A stretch of 64,000 nt of DNA. Source: Candidatus Hydrogenedentota bacterium (GTDB lineage Bacteria > Hydrogenedentota > Hydrogenedentia > Hydrogenedentales > SLHB01). The DNA lies in contig BTVY01000004.1 in assembly GCA_045863335.1 (NCBI GenBank), positions 139,354 through 203,353 on the forward strand, in the 5' to 3' direction. The position numbers and the translations under genes are program-made. The notes under the pieces were generated by a model that saw nothing but the letters and a program-made list of their open reading frames with translations, did no database searches and had not been told where the DNA came from. Of this stretch, positions 1 through 8,759 are shown piece after piece (positions within the stretch are counted from its first letter, which is position 1; each line of letters opens with the position of its first letter).

Positions 1-1173
1 CTGGCCGACGGAATGTTGACCAAGCACGTAGTCGTTGACGCGCTACAAGGCGGCGCGGGCACGAGCACCAACATGAACGTCAACGAGGTGATCGCCAACC
101 GCGCTCTCGAACTGTTGGATGAACCACGCGGAGACTACGCGCGGGTTTCGCCGCTGAATGATATCAATCGTCACCAATCGACCAACGATACCTATCCCAC
201 CGCCCTGAAGCTTGCTGCGATTCGATTGCTGCAACGGCTCGAAGAGCGGGTCGTGTCGTTACAAGAAGCCTTCCAGGCGCAAGAGAAGGCCTTCGCACAC
301 ATCGTCAAAGTCGGCAGGACCGAGATGCAGGATGCCGTACTGACCACCCTAGGCCGCGAGATGGGCGCTTATGCCGAGGCTTTCAACCGCGACCGATGGC
401 GCATCTACAAATGCGAAGAAAGATTGCGCGTCGTGAATCTCGGCGGTACGGCCATTGGCACGGGCCTCGCCGCTCCGCGTCAGTACATCTTTCGCGTGGT
501 AGACACCTTGCGCGAATTGACCGGCATCGGATTCGCCCGCGCCGAGAACCTGATCGATGCGACGCAGAACGCCGACGTTTTCGTGGAGGTCTCGGGCATT
601 CTCAAGGCCTGCGCGGCGTCTTTGCTGAAAGTCTGCGGCGACTTGCGGCTCTTGTCATCGGGTCCGGAGGCCGGCTTTGGAGAGATCCGGCTGCCGGAAC
701 GCCAGGCGGGATCATCAATCATGCCGGGCAAAGCAAACCCCGTGATCCCTGAAGCCGTCAGTCAGGCGGCCATGATGGTGTTCGGTCATGACGTGATGAT
801 TGCAAACGCATGCGCGCAAGGAAGCCTGGAACTGAATCCGTATTTGCCGCTCATTGCGAATTGTCTGCTCGAGAGTTGTGACCTGCTGGAGAGAAGTTGC
901 CACATTCTTCGCGCGTTTTGCGTGGAAGGCATCGAAGCCGACGAAGCGCGATGCAAATCGCACGTGGATTCATCGACAGCCATTGCGACGGCGCTCCTGC
1001 CAGTGCTGGGCTACGAAGCCGTCTGCGAAATCGTGGCGAGCGCGAAGCAGTCCGGAAGAACGGTTCGCGAGACGGTGTTGCAGGAAGGGCGTTTGACCGC
1101 CGCACAGTTTGATGATTTGATCTCACCGGAGGCGGTGTGCCGTCTGGGTATGCCCGAAACTCCGAAAGGATAG
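1..1173 (+). CDS. aspA: Aspartate ammonia-lyase (fumarase/aspartase family), 5'-truncated by window edge
   Basis: Motifs QGGAGTSTNMNVNEV, HQSTNDTYPT, KVGRTEMQDA and signature GSSIMPGKANP; frame is open from base 1. Confidence 0.9.
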   Translation: MADGMLTKHVVVDALQGGAGTSTNMNVNEVIANRALELLDEPRGDYARVSPLNDINRHQSTNDTYPTALKLAAIRLLQRLEERVVSLQEAFQAQEKAFAHIVKVGRTEMQDAVLTTLGREMGAYAEAFNRDRWRIYKCEERLRVVNLGGTAIGTGLAAPRQYIFRVVDTLRELTGIGFARAENLIDATQNADVFVEVSGILKACAASLLKVCGDLRLLSSGPEAGFGEIRLPERQAGSSIMPGKANPVIPEAVSQAAMMVFGHDVMIANACAQGSLELNPYLPLIANCLLESCDLLERSCHILRAFCVEGIEADEARCKSHVDSSTAIATALLPVLGYEAVCEIVASAKQSGRTVRETVLQEGRLTAAQFDDLISPEAVCRLGMPETPKG

Positions 1174-1182
1174 CAAGGAAGC

Positions 1183-2502
1183 ATGCAGTCTGCACCCAAA
1201 TCGTTCCGCTTGCACATCGGCCTCTTTGGCCGGCGCAACGTGGGCAAATCGAGCCTGCTGAACGCGATTACGCGCCAGCAGGCCGCCATCGTGTCCGAAC
1301 ATGCCGGCACCACGACGGATCCCGTCGAGAAACCCATGGAATTGCTTCCGCTCGGCCCCGTGCTCTTCATCGACACGGCGGGCGTCGACGACGTGGGCGC
1401 CCTGGGCGAATTGCGCGTGAAACGGACGCAACAGGTTTTCGAGCGCACGGACCTGGGCGTACTTGTCGCGGAAGCGGGGGAGTGGGGCGAGTTCGAGTCC
1501 GAGATCCTCAGCGAATTCACGGCACGGGAGATCCCGGCGATCGTGGTGTTCAACAAGGTTGACCGCGCACAACCCGACCCCGCCGTGCTCGCTGCGCTGG
1601 AGGCCAAGGACATCGCGTGCGTCGCGACCGTTGCCTCCACGGGCACGGGCATTCTCGACTTCCGCGAAGCCCTGCTCCAGAACGCGCCCGAGGAATTCGT
1701 CAACAATCCGGCCATCGTTGGCGACCTGGTCGGCGCGGGTGAAATGGCGGTGCTCGTCGTTCCCATCGACAAGGAAGCGCCCAAGGGACGGCTAATCATG
1801 CCGCAGGTGCAGTCGATTCGCGACCTGCTCGACTCGGATGCTTATTGCATGGTCGTGAAGGAACGGGAGCTGCGCAGCGCTTTGGATCGCCTGAAGTCAC
1901 CCCCAAAACTCGTGGTGACCGATTCTCAGGCCTTTCTCAAAGTGGCCGCGGATACGCCGCGCGAGATTCCCTTGACGAGTTTCTCGATCCTCTTTGCGCG
2001 GTTTCACGGCGATCTCTTGACGCAGGTGCAAGGCACGCTCGCTATCGATTCGCTGCGTACCGGCGACCGAGTTCTCGTCGCCGAAGCGTGCAGCCATCAT
2101 CCCATTGGCGAAGATATTGGCCGCGTGAAGATCCCCCGCTGGTTGACCCAATACGTCGGCGGAAAACTCCACTTCGACACGGTCCAGGGCCACGACTTCC
2201 CAGAGAACCTTGCGGAGTACAAGCTGGTAATTCACTGCGGCGCTTGCACTACCAACCGCAGGGAAATGCTAAGCCGCATCATGCGTTGCCGGCAGGCTGG
2301 CGTGCCGATCACGAATTATGGGCTGACCATCGCGTACAGCCTGGGGATCTTCGAGCGGGCCTTAGAGCCGTTTCCAGCGGCGCTTGAAGCGTACCGAGCG
2401 GTGGCGCGAAAGCCGCGGGCGGCAGATCAGACTGATCGGCCCGATCGGTCGGATCAGTCAGATTTTGTTTGCATCGCTACGGAGAATTATCCCAAGCCAT
2501 GA
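1183..2502 (+). CDS. hydF: [FeFe]-hydrogenase H-cluster maturation GTPase HydF
   Basis: G1 GRRNVGKSS, GTTTDPV, DTAG, NKVD, APKGRLIMPQ, LVVTDSQ and Fe-S motif EACSHH...IHCGAC. Confidence 0.95.
   Translation: MQSAPKSFRLHIGLFGRRNVGKSSLLNAITRQQAAIVSEHAGTTTDPVEKPMELLPLGPVLFIDTAGVDDVGALGELRVKRTQQVFERTDLGVLVAEAGEWGEFESEILSEFTAREIPAIVVFNKVDRAQPDPAVLAALEAKDIACVATVASTGTGILDFREALLQNAPEEFVNNPAIVGDLVGAGEMAVLVVPIDKEAPKGRLIMPQVQSIRDLLDSDAYCMVVKERELRSALDRLKSPPKLVVTDSQAFLKVAADTPREIPLTSFSILFARFHGDLLTQVQGTLAIDSLRTGDRVLVAEACSHHPIGEDIGRVKIPRWLTQYVGGKLHFDTVQGHDFPENLAEYKLVIHCGACTTNRREMLSRIMRCRQAGVPITNYGLTIAYSLGIFERALEPFPAALEAYRAVARKPRAADQTDRPDRSDQSDFVCIATENYPKP
2425..2463 (+). repeat. Degenerate 9-bp tandem repeat (GATCRGNNN x4) in frame in the hydF 3' tail
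   Basis: gatcagact gatcggccc gatcggtcg gatcagtca gat encodes DQT-DRP-DRS-DQS-D. Confidence 0.7.
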
Positions 2503-3551
2503 ACGAGCCGCTCACCGAGAATGTTATCCAGCAGTGGCTCCGCGAAGAAGATCCTTCGCAATTGGACGCGCTCTGGCACTGGGCCGACCGGGTTCGCCGG
2601 GAAAACGTCGGAAACGCCGTGCACCTGCGCGGACTCATCGAGATCTCGAACTACTGCAGCCGTCAGTGCGGCTACTGCGGTCTCCGCGCCGCGAATACGG
2701 ACCTGGAACGGTATCGGATGACCTCGGATGAAATCCTGGAATCCGCCCACGAGGCGGCCCGATACCGGTACGGCACCGTCGTTATGCAGGCCGGCGAAGA
2801 CTACGGAATCGAGACCGAATGGCTCGCGGAGATTGTCTCGCGGATCAAAATGGAAACGCCGCTTGCGGTGACCCTCAGCATGGGGGAACGCCCCGAGGAC
2901 GACTTGAGACGTTGGCGTGAAGCGGGCGCAGACCGGTACTTGCTCCGGTTCGAGACCTCCGACCCCGAACTGTTCGCCGCCATTCATCCGCCCCATCCCG
3001 CGCATCCCGCGCAGAGTCGTTTGGAGATTCTAAGGACGCTACGCCGACTCGGGTACGAAGTGGGTAGTGGCGTCATGATTGGAATTCCCGGGCAGTCCTA
3101 CGAAAGCCTCGCCCACGACATCGCCACCTTCCGGGACTGCGACCTCGATATGGTCGGGGTGGGTCCGTACATCTCCCATCCGTCAACGCCGCTTGGTGAA
3201 GGCGACGCGATCCAACCGCTGGAGCCGGGACGACAGGTTCCGAACACGGAACTCATGACGTACAAGGTCGTCGCGCTGACCCGGCTGGTTTGTCCGCGCG
3301 CCAATATTCCCAGCACGACTGCGTTGGCGACCCTGAACCTCGCGAGCGGGCGCGAACTCGGATTGCAGCGGGGCGCGAACGTGATTATGCCGAACATGAC
3401 CCCGCCCAAGTACCGGGCTCTATATCAGATCTACCCCGCGAAAGCCTGCATTCAGGAGACGTCTCAGGAATGCAGGATTTGTTTGCAGGGCCGCATTCAG
3501 TCCATTGGACGCATCGTGGGGAGTGGTCCAGGCGGCCGGACGAAAACCTGA
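2499..3551 (+). CDS. hydE: [FeFe]-hydrogenase maturation radical SAM protein HydE
   Basis: RGLIEISNYCSRQCGYCG (CxxxCxxC), RYLLRFET, GSGVMIGIPGQ, NIPSTTAL, GANVIMPN, YQIYPAK; ATGA overlap with hydF stop. Confidence 0.93.
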   Translation: MNEPLTENVIQQWLREEDPSQLDALWHWADRVRRENVGNAVHLRGLIEISNYCSRQCGYCGLRAANTDLERYRMTSDEILESAHEAARYRYGTVVMQAGEDYGIETEWLAEIVSRIKMETPLAVTLSMGERPEDDLRRWREAGADRYLLRFETSDPELFAAIHPPHPAHPAQSRLEILRTLRRLGYEVGSGVMIGIPGQSYESLAHDIATFRDCDLDMVGVGPYISHPSTPLGEGDAIQPLEPGRQVPNTELMTYKVVALTRLVCPRANIPSTTALATLNLASGRELGLQRGANVIMPNMTPPKYRALYQIYPAKACIQETSQECRICLQGRIQSIGRIVGSGPGGRTKT

Positions 3552-3654
3552 GCGGGCGAATCAGGTTTTCGTGTCGAATCGCGGCAAGTTGAGCCGTGAC
3601 TGTATCTTGCCGGTCCAAAAGTGATAGGATGTGCTGGGTAGGAGGCTCTTCGGC

Positions 3655-4386
3655 ATGTCCAAAAAGGCAAAAGGGCCGATCCTTAACCAGTTGGTTTTGG
3701 AACGGCTTATGCACTATTACCATCTCGTCGGGGAACAAATTCCCGATCAGGCGACGGGGTGGGTTTCCAGCGCGCACATCGCTCAACTGCTCGCCATGGA
3801 CGACACGCTGGTCCGCAAGGATTTGGCGGCGATCGGCGTGCGCGGCCGGCCCCGGGTCGGTTTCAGCATCGCCGAGTTGAAGGGGAGAATCCGGGAAGTC
3901 CTGGGCTTCAACGACATGTACAAGGCGATCATCGTCGGCGCTGGCCGTCTCGGCGGGGCGATCGTCTCCTACGCGGGTTTCGCCAAGTACGGAATGTACG
4001 TGGTCGCCATGTTTGACGCGGATGAATCCCGCATCGGCTCGGTCATGGGAGGCGTGCTGGTTCAATCCATCGAGAATGTGGAATCCGTGATACGCCGCCA
4101 CGACGTTCATATGGCCATTCTGACCGTGCCCGCGGAAGTGGCGCAGCCGTTGGCAGACAGGCTGGTGGCGGCGGGAATTCGGGCCATCTGGAACTTTGCC
4201 CCTACTAGCCTTTCGGTACCCCCCGAGGTGTTTGTGCGCCATGAACACATCTCCGTCGGTCTGGCGGAGGTGGCCTACTACCTGAAGCGTAACGATCTGA
4301 TGAGCGAGGACTGGCCAAGCGAAGCCTGGCACGCTGTTGAAGAGACCGGCTCCGATTCTTCGGAACCCGCGCCGGGCCAACCGTAG
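3655..4386 (+). CDS. rex: Redox-sensing transcriptional repressor Rex
   Basis: Winged helix RLxxY...SS..IA...VRKDLAAIGVRGRPRVG, Rossmann GAGRLG, AILTVP, GIRAIWNFAP; AGGAGG RBS at 3640-3645. Confidence 0.9.
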   Translation: MSKKAKGPILNQLVLERLMHYYHLVGEQIPDQATGWVSSAHIAQLLAMDDTLVRKDLAAIGVRGRPRVGFSIAELKGRIREVLGFNDMYKAIIVGAGRLGGAIVSYAGFAKYGMYVVAMFDADESRIGSVMGGVLVQSIENVESVIRRHDVHMAILTVPAEVAQPLADRLVAAGIRAIWNFAPTSLSVPPEVFVRHEHISVGLAEVAYYLKRNDLMSEDWPSEAWHAVEETGSDSSEPAPGQP

Positions 4387-4395
4387 CCGACGGTG

Positions 4396-4752
4396 CTAGT
4401 TCCCCGCCGAACTTGACCTTCTTCGCCGCCGTTCCTTTTGCTTTCGGATTTTCGCCATCCGTTTCGCTTCCGGGCTCAAGTCGCCAAGGTTCCGCGCCTC
4501 CAATAACTCGCACATCCGCCTTCGGGCGTAAAAACGATTTAGGGCCTGCGAACGGGCCTTCTGCATCTTGACTTCGAGACCCGTGGGCTTGTGCTGAAGA
4601 TGAACGCAGGTCGAGGTCTTGTTTACGTGCTGACCGCCAGCGCCCCCGCTGCGAATGAACCGCTCGTCGAGGTCCGCTTCCTTTAAATCACACGCCGCCA
4701 TACGACGTTCCAGTTCGGCTTCCTTGGCGGGCGTTACGCCAAATCGGGACAT
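4396..4752 (-). CDS. Codon-independent peptidyl-tRNA hydrolase / release-factor-like protein (RF-1 GGQ domain, ArfB/C12orf65-like)
   Basis: FIRSGGAGGQHVNKTSTCVHLQHKPTG, RSQALNR and a basic C-terminal tail KIRKQKERRRRR. Confidence 0.88.
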   Translation of the reverse strand: MSRFGVTPAKEAELERRMAACDLKEADLDERFIRSGGAGGQHVNKTSTCVHLQHKPTGLEVKMQKARSQALNRFYARRRMCELLEARNLGDLSPEAKRMAKIRKQKERRRRRSSSAGN

Positions 4753-4872
4753 GCTTCACCTCGACTCTAGTTGCAGGAGTTCGCGGGTTCGATGGGCGGA
4801 AGTATGAACGGGATTGGGAAGGGAGGCAAATGCAGGAGAGAGCCTGAGGGACGTGAGCGACAAACCCGCCCG

Positions 4873-5067
4873 CTAGGCCAACAGGTCCAGGTTTTGTCCC
4901 ACGTAGGGGTCGAAGGAAACCACGGCCTGGATCAGATTCAGCGCGGCGGTACCGACATCCTTCACCACCTGCTGTTGACGGGTGTAGGCCTGGGCCTGGT
5001 ACTGGGCCTCGAACTGAACTTGGCTGATATGGGTGGATACACCACCAATCTGGTTAATACCAGCCAT
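4873..5067 (-). CDS. Small YjfB-like (putative motility) protein
   Basis: C-terminus AALNLIQAV...PYVGQNLDLLA fits the YjfB pattern; strong RBS TAAGGAGGT; sigma28-like promoter upstream. Confidence 0.65.
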   Translation of the reverse strand: MAGINQIGGVSTHISQVQFEAQYQAQAYTRQQQVVKDVGTAALNLIQAVVSFDPYVGQNLDLLA

Positions 5068-5124
5068 CTTGGACCTCCTTATCCTGACGCTGGCGCGTAC
5101 TCAGTAGAATCCGTTCTGGAGATA

Positions 5125-5152
5125 TTATCGGAAGAACAAGCGCCAAACTTTA
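5125..5152 (-). promoter_or_regulatory. Putative sigma28 (FliA/SigD) promoter
   Basis: Minus strand reads TAAAGTTT-N12-TCCGATAA, against consensus TAAAGTTT-N11-GCCGATAA. Confidence 0.65.
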
Positions 5153-5169
5153 ACGTGGAACGCGGCGCC

Positions 5170-5210
5170 AGACAGAGAATGGGACCCCCACGTTCTGCAG
5201 GAGCCCCATT
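5170..5210 (-). terminator. Stem-loop downstream of the ceramidase-like gene
   Basis: Minus strand AATGGGGCTCCTGC-loop-GTGGGGGTCCCATT pairs with several G-U pairs; followed by a pyrimidine tract. Confidence 0.45.
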
Positions 5211-5247
5211 GTTGGAAACTATTTCAACACAGACTGTTAGCGTGTAA

Positions 5248-6537
5248 TTAGCCGCCGGACGCCCCGAGTTTTTCCGGGCGCGGGCTGGCTTCGGCGAAGG
5301 CGAGCGCCTCGTCGATATAGATCCGTCCGGTCATTTCTCCGAGACTCGTCTGGGACACGTAGTCGTAGCGCTTGAAGCTGTTGAAATCCTCCGGCGTCAA
5401 GATGTATCCGAAGGCATCGTTCGTCAGGCCGAAGAGAAAGTTGTGTTCGCCATACATGTTGCGCTTCAGGTAGAAGCCGATGTTCGGAAGCGCTTCGCCG
5501 GGGATGGTCAGAATTTGGGCGTTCCCGAGATTAACCAGGTTCACCTGCGTGTCGGCGACGTTGTCATCCGCAATGGGATAGCCGAGCGGCGAGTTTTTCA
5601 CGATGGCCAGCATCATCTCCGATTCGATGGGGAATGACACTGTCGTCTCCGCGCAGTAGAGTTCCGGGTCTTCCTGTATCGGCGCATTGGCGACGATACG
5701 AAGCGCCTCATCGGCAAGCAGGTTTCCGATGCGCTGGCACTCTTCCCAAGTTTGAATGTCCTTACCGTCGGGACCGCGGCAGTCGGCGGTGACCATGCCG
5801 CCCTGGGCGCCGTTCATGAAGATCGCCATGCCGCCGCCTTGGGTCTCGATCCGGTCGTGGAGCGGACCCACCATATCGGGGCTGAGAATGCCTTGGCTGT
5901 CCCCGATGACCTCGGGGTGAATGGCGTAATTCACGAGCGTGGCGATTGCGGCGCCGTCTTCCCCTACGAACTGCATCACGTTGCAGCGCCGGTCGTAAAG
6001 TTGGGGCGCGTAGTAGTTGTACGCGATCTTCTCGGCGGCTTCGCCCGTGGCGACCTTCACGCCTGCTGGTTTCACGGACGCCAGCGCTTCATTGATCGCG
6101 TCCGCAATGTCTTTGCAGGTACGGTCGATGTAGTTCAAATCGGCTGCAGTCTCGCCCTGTTCGTTCGCGAAGGCGTACATGTCCGGCGCGCTATGCGTGT
6201 GGGTGGAGCCGATGATGATATCCTCCGGCGGAATGCCATCGACCTGTTTTCGCACGCGGTCGCAAAGGACGCCGGGGAAACCCAGGTACGGCACGCTCAC
6301 AATGGCGACGCGGGTGTTGCCCTGCTCCAGCACCAGCGCGCGCACCTCCAGTTCGCCCTTCTTCTCCGTAGCGGGCTCCGGGATTCCCACGCCTCCGGAA
6401 ACCGGTAACAAGGGGTCGGGGGTCACGGTTCGGCTCGCGATTCCCACCTGAAGTTCCGCGTTTCCGGCAACCGGGAAGATGAGCGCTGTCATCGCCAGAA
6501 CCGCGATTCCCAATAAGACACTCCGTACACTTGGCAT
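5248..6537 (-). CDS. Secreted neutral/alkaline ceramidase-like metallohydrolase
   Basis: Signal peptide, STHTHSAP motif, VNYAIHP, NGAQGG, TIPGE, GLTNDAFGY. Confidence 0.75.
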   Translation of the reverse strand: MPSVRSVLLGIAVLAMTALIFPVAGNAELQVGIASRTVTPDPLLPVSGGVGIPEPATEKKGELEVRALVLEQGNTRVAIVSVPYLGFPGVLCDRVRKQVDGIPPEDIIIGSTHTHSAPDMYAFANEQGETAADLNYIDRTCKDIADAINEALASVKPAGVKVATGEAAEKIAYNYYAPQLYDRRCNVMQFVGEDGAAIATLVNYAIHPEVIGDSQGILSPDMVGPLHDRIETQGGGMAIFMNGAQGGMVTADCRGPDGKDIQTWEECQRIGNLLADEALRIVANAPIQEDPELYCAETTVSFPIESEMMLAIVKNSPLGYPIADDNVADTQVNLVNLGNAQILTIPGEALPNIGFYLKRNMYGEHNFLFGLTNDAFGYILTPEDFNSFKRYDYVSQTSLGEMTGRIYIDEALAFAEASPRPEKLGASGG

Positions 6538-6616
6538 GATTCGGCACCTCGTAAATTCGGCTTGAATGTGTTGATACTGCGCACGACCACACAGCGTTAT
6601 CGCATGAGGGAAGCGG

Positions 6617-6653
6617 AAAACACAAGCCCCGGCTCGTCAACCGTGCCGGGGCC
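6617..6653 (-). terminator. Rho-independent terminator
   Basis: Minus strand GCCCCGGCACG-GTTGA-CGAGCCGGGGC followed by TTGTGTTTT. Confidence 0.6.
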
Positions 6654-6686
6654 ATTCATGGGCGGGCGATTAGGGTGTTAGCGCCG

Positions 6687-7868
6687 TCAGTCGCGCGATT
6701 CCTCCAGTTCGCGGTCAACCGCCTGGCTGTACCAGCGGTTGAAGACCGAGACCCACAGGATTAACAACACCCAGGCGACCGGGGCGTACGCCGCGCGATC
6801 CAGCGAAAAGGTATTGTCGAAGGCCGTCAAAGGGCGCTCCGCCATATAGCTTGCGGCAAATCCCCACAAGGCAAGAATGATAATGGCCAGGAGCATCTGG
6901 GCCGACACCTTGGCCTCGAAGTACGCCGGACGGGACCGTAGAAACAACGCGACCGCCGACAAGATGGACACGACGGCCAGTCCGGTAAAGATGGCGAGGT
7001 CCGGTGTCCATTCGGCGGAGGTAATGAGTGGTCCGTCAGTGGTGCCGCGTTGGTAGGCCCAGACCAGCAGCGCGCACCCGGCGAATCCAACACCGCCGAC
7101 GAGATTCCACAGGGCGACTTGCCGAACGACCTTCGATTCGACGGGCGCCACCTTGGCCCGGCGATCCCGAATGGCCCGAGCGGTTCGAAGGAGCTGATTG
7201 GGACCCAACATGGACAACTGATGGATTCCCCAGACGACAAGAGTGAGTCCGACGGCCATCGGTATCAGCGAGGGGTCAAAGAGTGTGCTCCCTGGCGTGA
7301 CGGTGTACGCCGTCGAGGCCACCAAGTCGCCAAGACCGGCCGCGAGGAGCAGGGCGCCGTTTGAGCCATAAAGTCCGCGTTTTGGCGCGCAGATGCCGGA
7401 CAGTCCGATGGCAACCAATGCGATGCCCCAACCGAACCACACATTTCCGGACAACAGCAGGTGTAATGCGCCGAAGAGCAGAATCGCCACGCCGGAGAAC
7501 CGGACCTCTTTGGCGATCTCGGTGTGTTCCTTGTGCGGCATCCAGGCAACGAGCTTAAGCATCTGCACTTTCGTGCATGGGAACGAATAGCTTTTCATTC
7601 CCTCGATGACGTGGAAGGTGATGGTTCGTCCGCCGATCAGGTCATAAGAGAACTTCAGATAGCGTGCGGCTTCCTCCCGGTGCAACTGCATGACATGCTT
7701 GTCGCCCGGTTTCATCAGGGTGAGCAGATCGCCATCAAGGCGAACGGTCCAGATTTCGTTGTGATACCCGCGACGGGGCCGAAACTGGAGGAAAAACGGC
7801 GCCGCATGGCGCGGCGGAATTGTTGGTTGCGCGATACCCATCGGCTTCGTGACCTCCTTCATCGTCAC
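6687..7868 (-). CDS. Hypothetical multi-pass membrane protein with a soluble N-terminal domain
   Basis: About 8 hydrophobic segments after a ~120-aa soluble region; no family recognised; start uncertain. Confidence 0.7.
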   Translation of the reverse strand: MTMKEVTKPMGIAQPTIPPRHAAPFFLQFRPRRGYHNEIWTVRLDGDLLTLMKPGDKHVMQLHREEAARYLKFSYDLIGGRTITFHVIEGMKSYSFPCTKVQMLKLVAWMPHKEHTEIAKEVRFSGVAILLFGALHLLLSGNVWFGWGIALVAIGLSGICAPKRGLYGSNGALLLAAGLGDLVASTAYTVTPGSTLFDPSLIPMAVGLTLVVWGIHQLSMLGPNQLLRTARAIRDRRAKVAPVESKVVRQVALWNLVGGVGFAGCALLVWAYQRGTTDGPLITSAEWTPDLAIFTGLAVVSILSAVALFLRSRPAYFEAKVSAQMLLAIIILALWGFAASYMAERPLTAFDNTFSLDRAAYAPVAWVLLILWVSVFNRWYSQAVDRELEESRD

Positions 7869-7970
7869 GGCAAGCCGGTCCCAAAACTGATGTTACCACA
7901 GGAATCAAAAATGCGCCAATCCGCTATGGGATTGGCGCGCGTAAGTGTTTGCAAGGCTGTAGTTAATGGA

Positions 7971-8759
7971 CTACCGCATCTCCTGGCCGCCGGTAACGTT
8001 GACCGCCTGACCCGTCATGTACGACGAATCCTCCGACGCCAGAAATACGACCACGTTGGTCACGTCCTGATAGGTACACCCGCGCTTCATGGGCACTTGA
8101 TCGATGTATTTCTGGCGAACTTCGGCTTCGGAAATGCCCTGGTTCGCGGCGTACTGCTTGAACAGGCTGTTCACCCAGAGCGGCGAATCGAGCAAATTTC
8201 CGGGGCAAATGGAGTTGACGCGGATGCCGCGTTCGGCGAATTCGAGCGCGAGGCTCTGCGTGACGCCGATGCCGCCGAACTTGGACGCCGCATAGGCGCT
8301 ATTCCTGAAGCTGCCCTTCTTGCCGGACTTGGAATTGATCTGAATGATCGAACCGCCACCGCCACCCAGCATGACGCGGGCGGCTTCCCGTGCGCACAGG
8401 AAGTAGCCGGTCAAGTTCACGTCGATGACCTTCCGCCATTTCGCGGCGTCGAATTCGATGGAATCGCCGGAGATGAGAATACCGGCATTGGAGACCAGGA
8501 TATCCAGTCCGCCCAGACGCTGCGCCGCGCGGTCCATGGCGACGCGCACGGCCGCATCGTCGCACACGTCAACAGACTCACTCACAACCGCGCGCCCGGT
8601 ATCTTTCGCGACACGGTCAGCCGTTTCCGCAACGGTATCCGCATTGAGATCCCAGGCGACGACGTCGCACCCTTCCTTCGCCAGCCGTTCCACGATGGCC
8701 GCGCCCAGACCCTGGGCGGCGCCCGTAATCACGGCGCGTTTGTTCTGTAGCCGGGCCAT
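7971..8759 (-). CDS. srlD: Sorbitol-6-phosphate 2-dehydrogenase (SDR)
   Basis: TGAAQGLG, IIQINSKSGKKG, YAASKFGG, GNLLDSPLW, YIDQVPMKRGC, NVTGGQ; TGATG overlap with upstream gene. Confidence 0.85.
   Translation of the reverse strand: MARLQNKRAVITGAAQGLGAAIVERLAKEGCDVVAWDLNADTVAETADRVAKDTGRAVVSESVDVCDDAAVRVAMDRAAQRLGGLDILVSNAGILISGDSIEFDAAKWRKVIDVNLTGYFLCAREAARVMLGGGGGSIIQINSKSGKKGSFRNSAYAASKFGGIGVTQSLALEFAERGIRVNSICPGNLLDSPLWVNSLFKQYAANQGISEAEVRQKYIDQVPMKRGCTYQDVTNVVVFLASEDSSYMTGQAVNVTGGQEMR

Noticed and set aside
4771-5247. 158-aa plus-strand ORF
   Set aside because: Overlaps the YjfB-like gene, which has a strong RBS and sigma28 promoter on the other strand.
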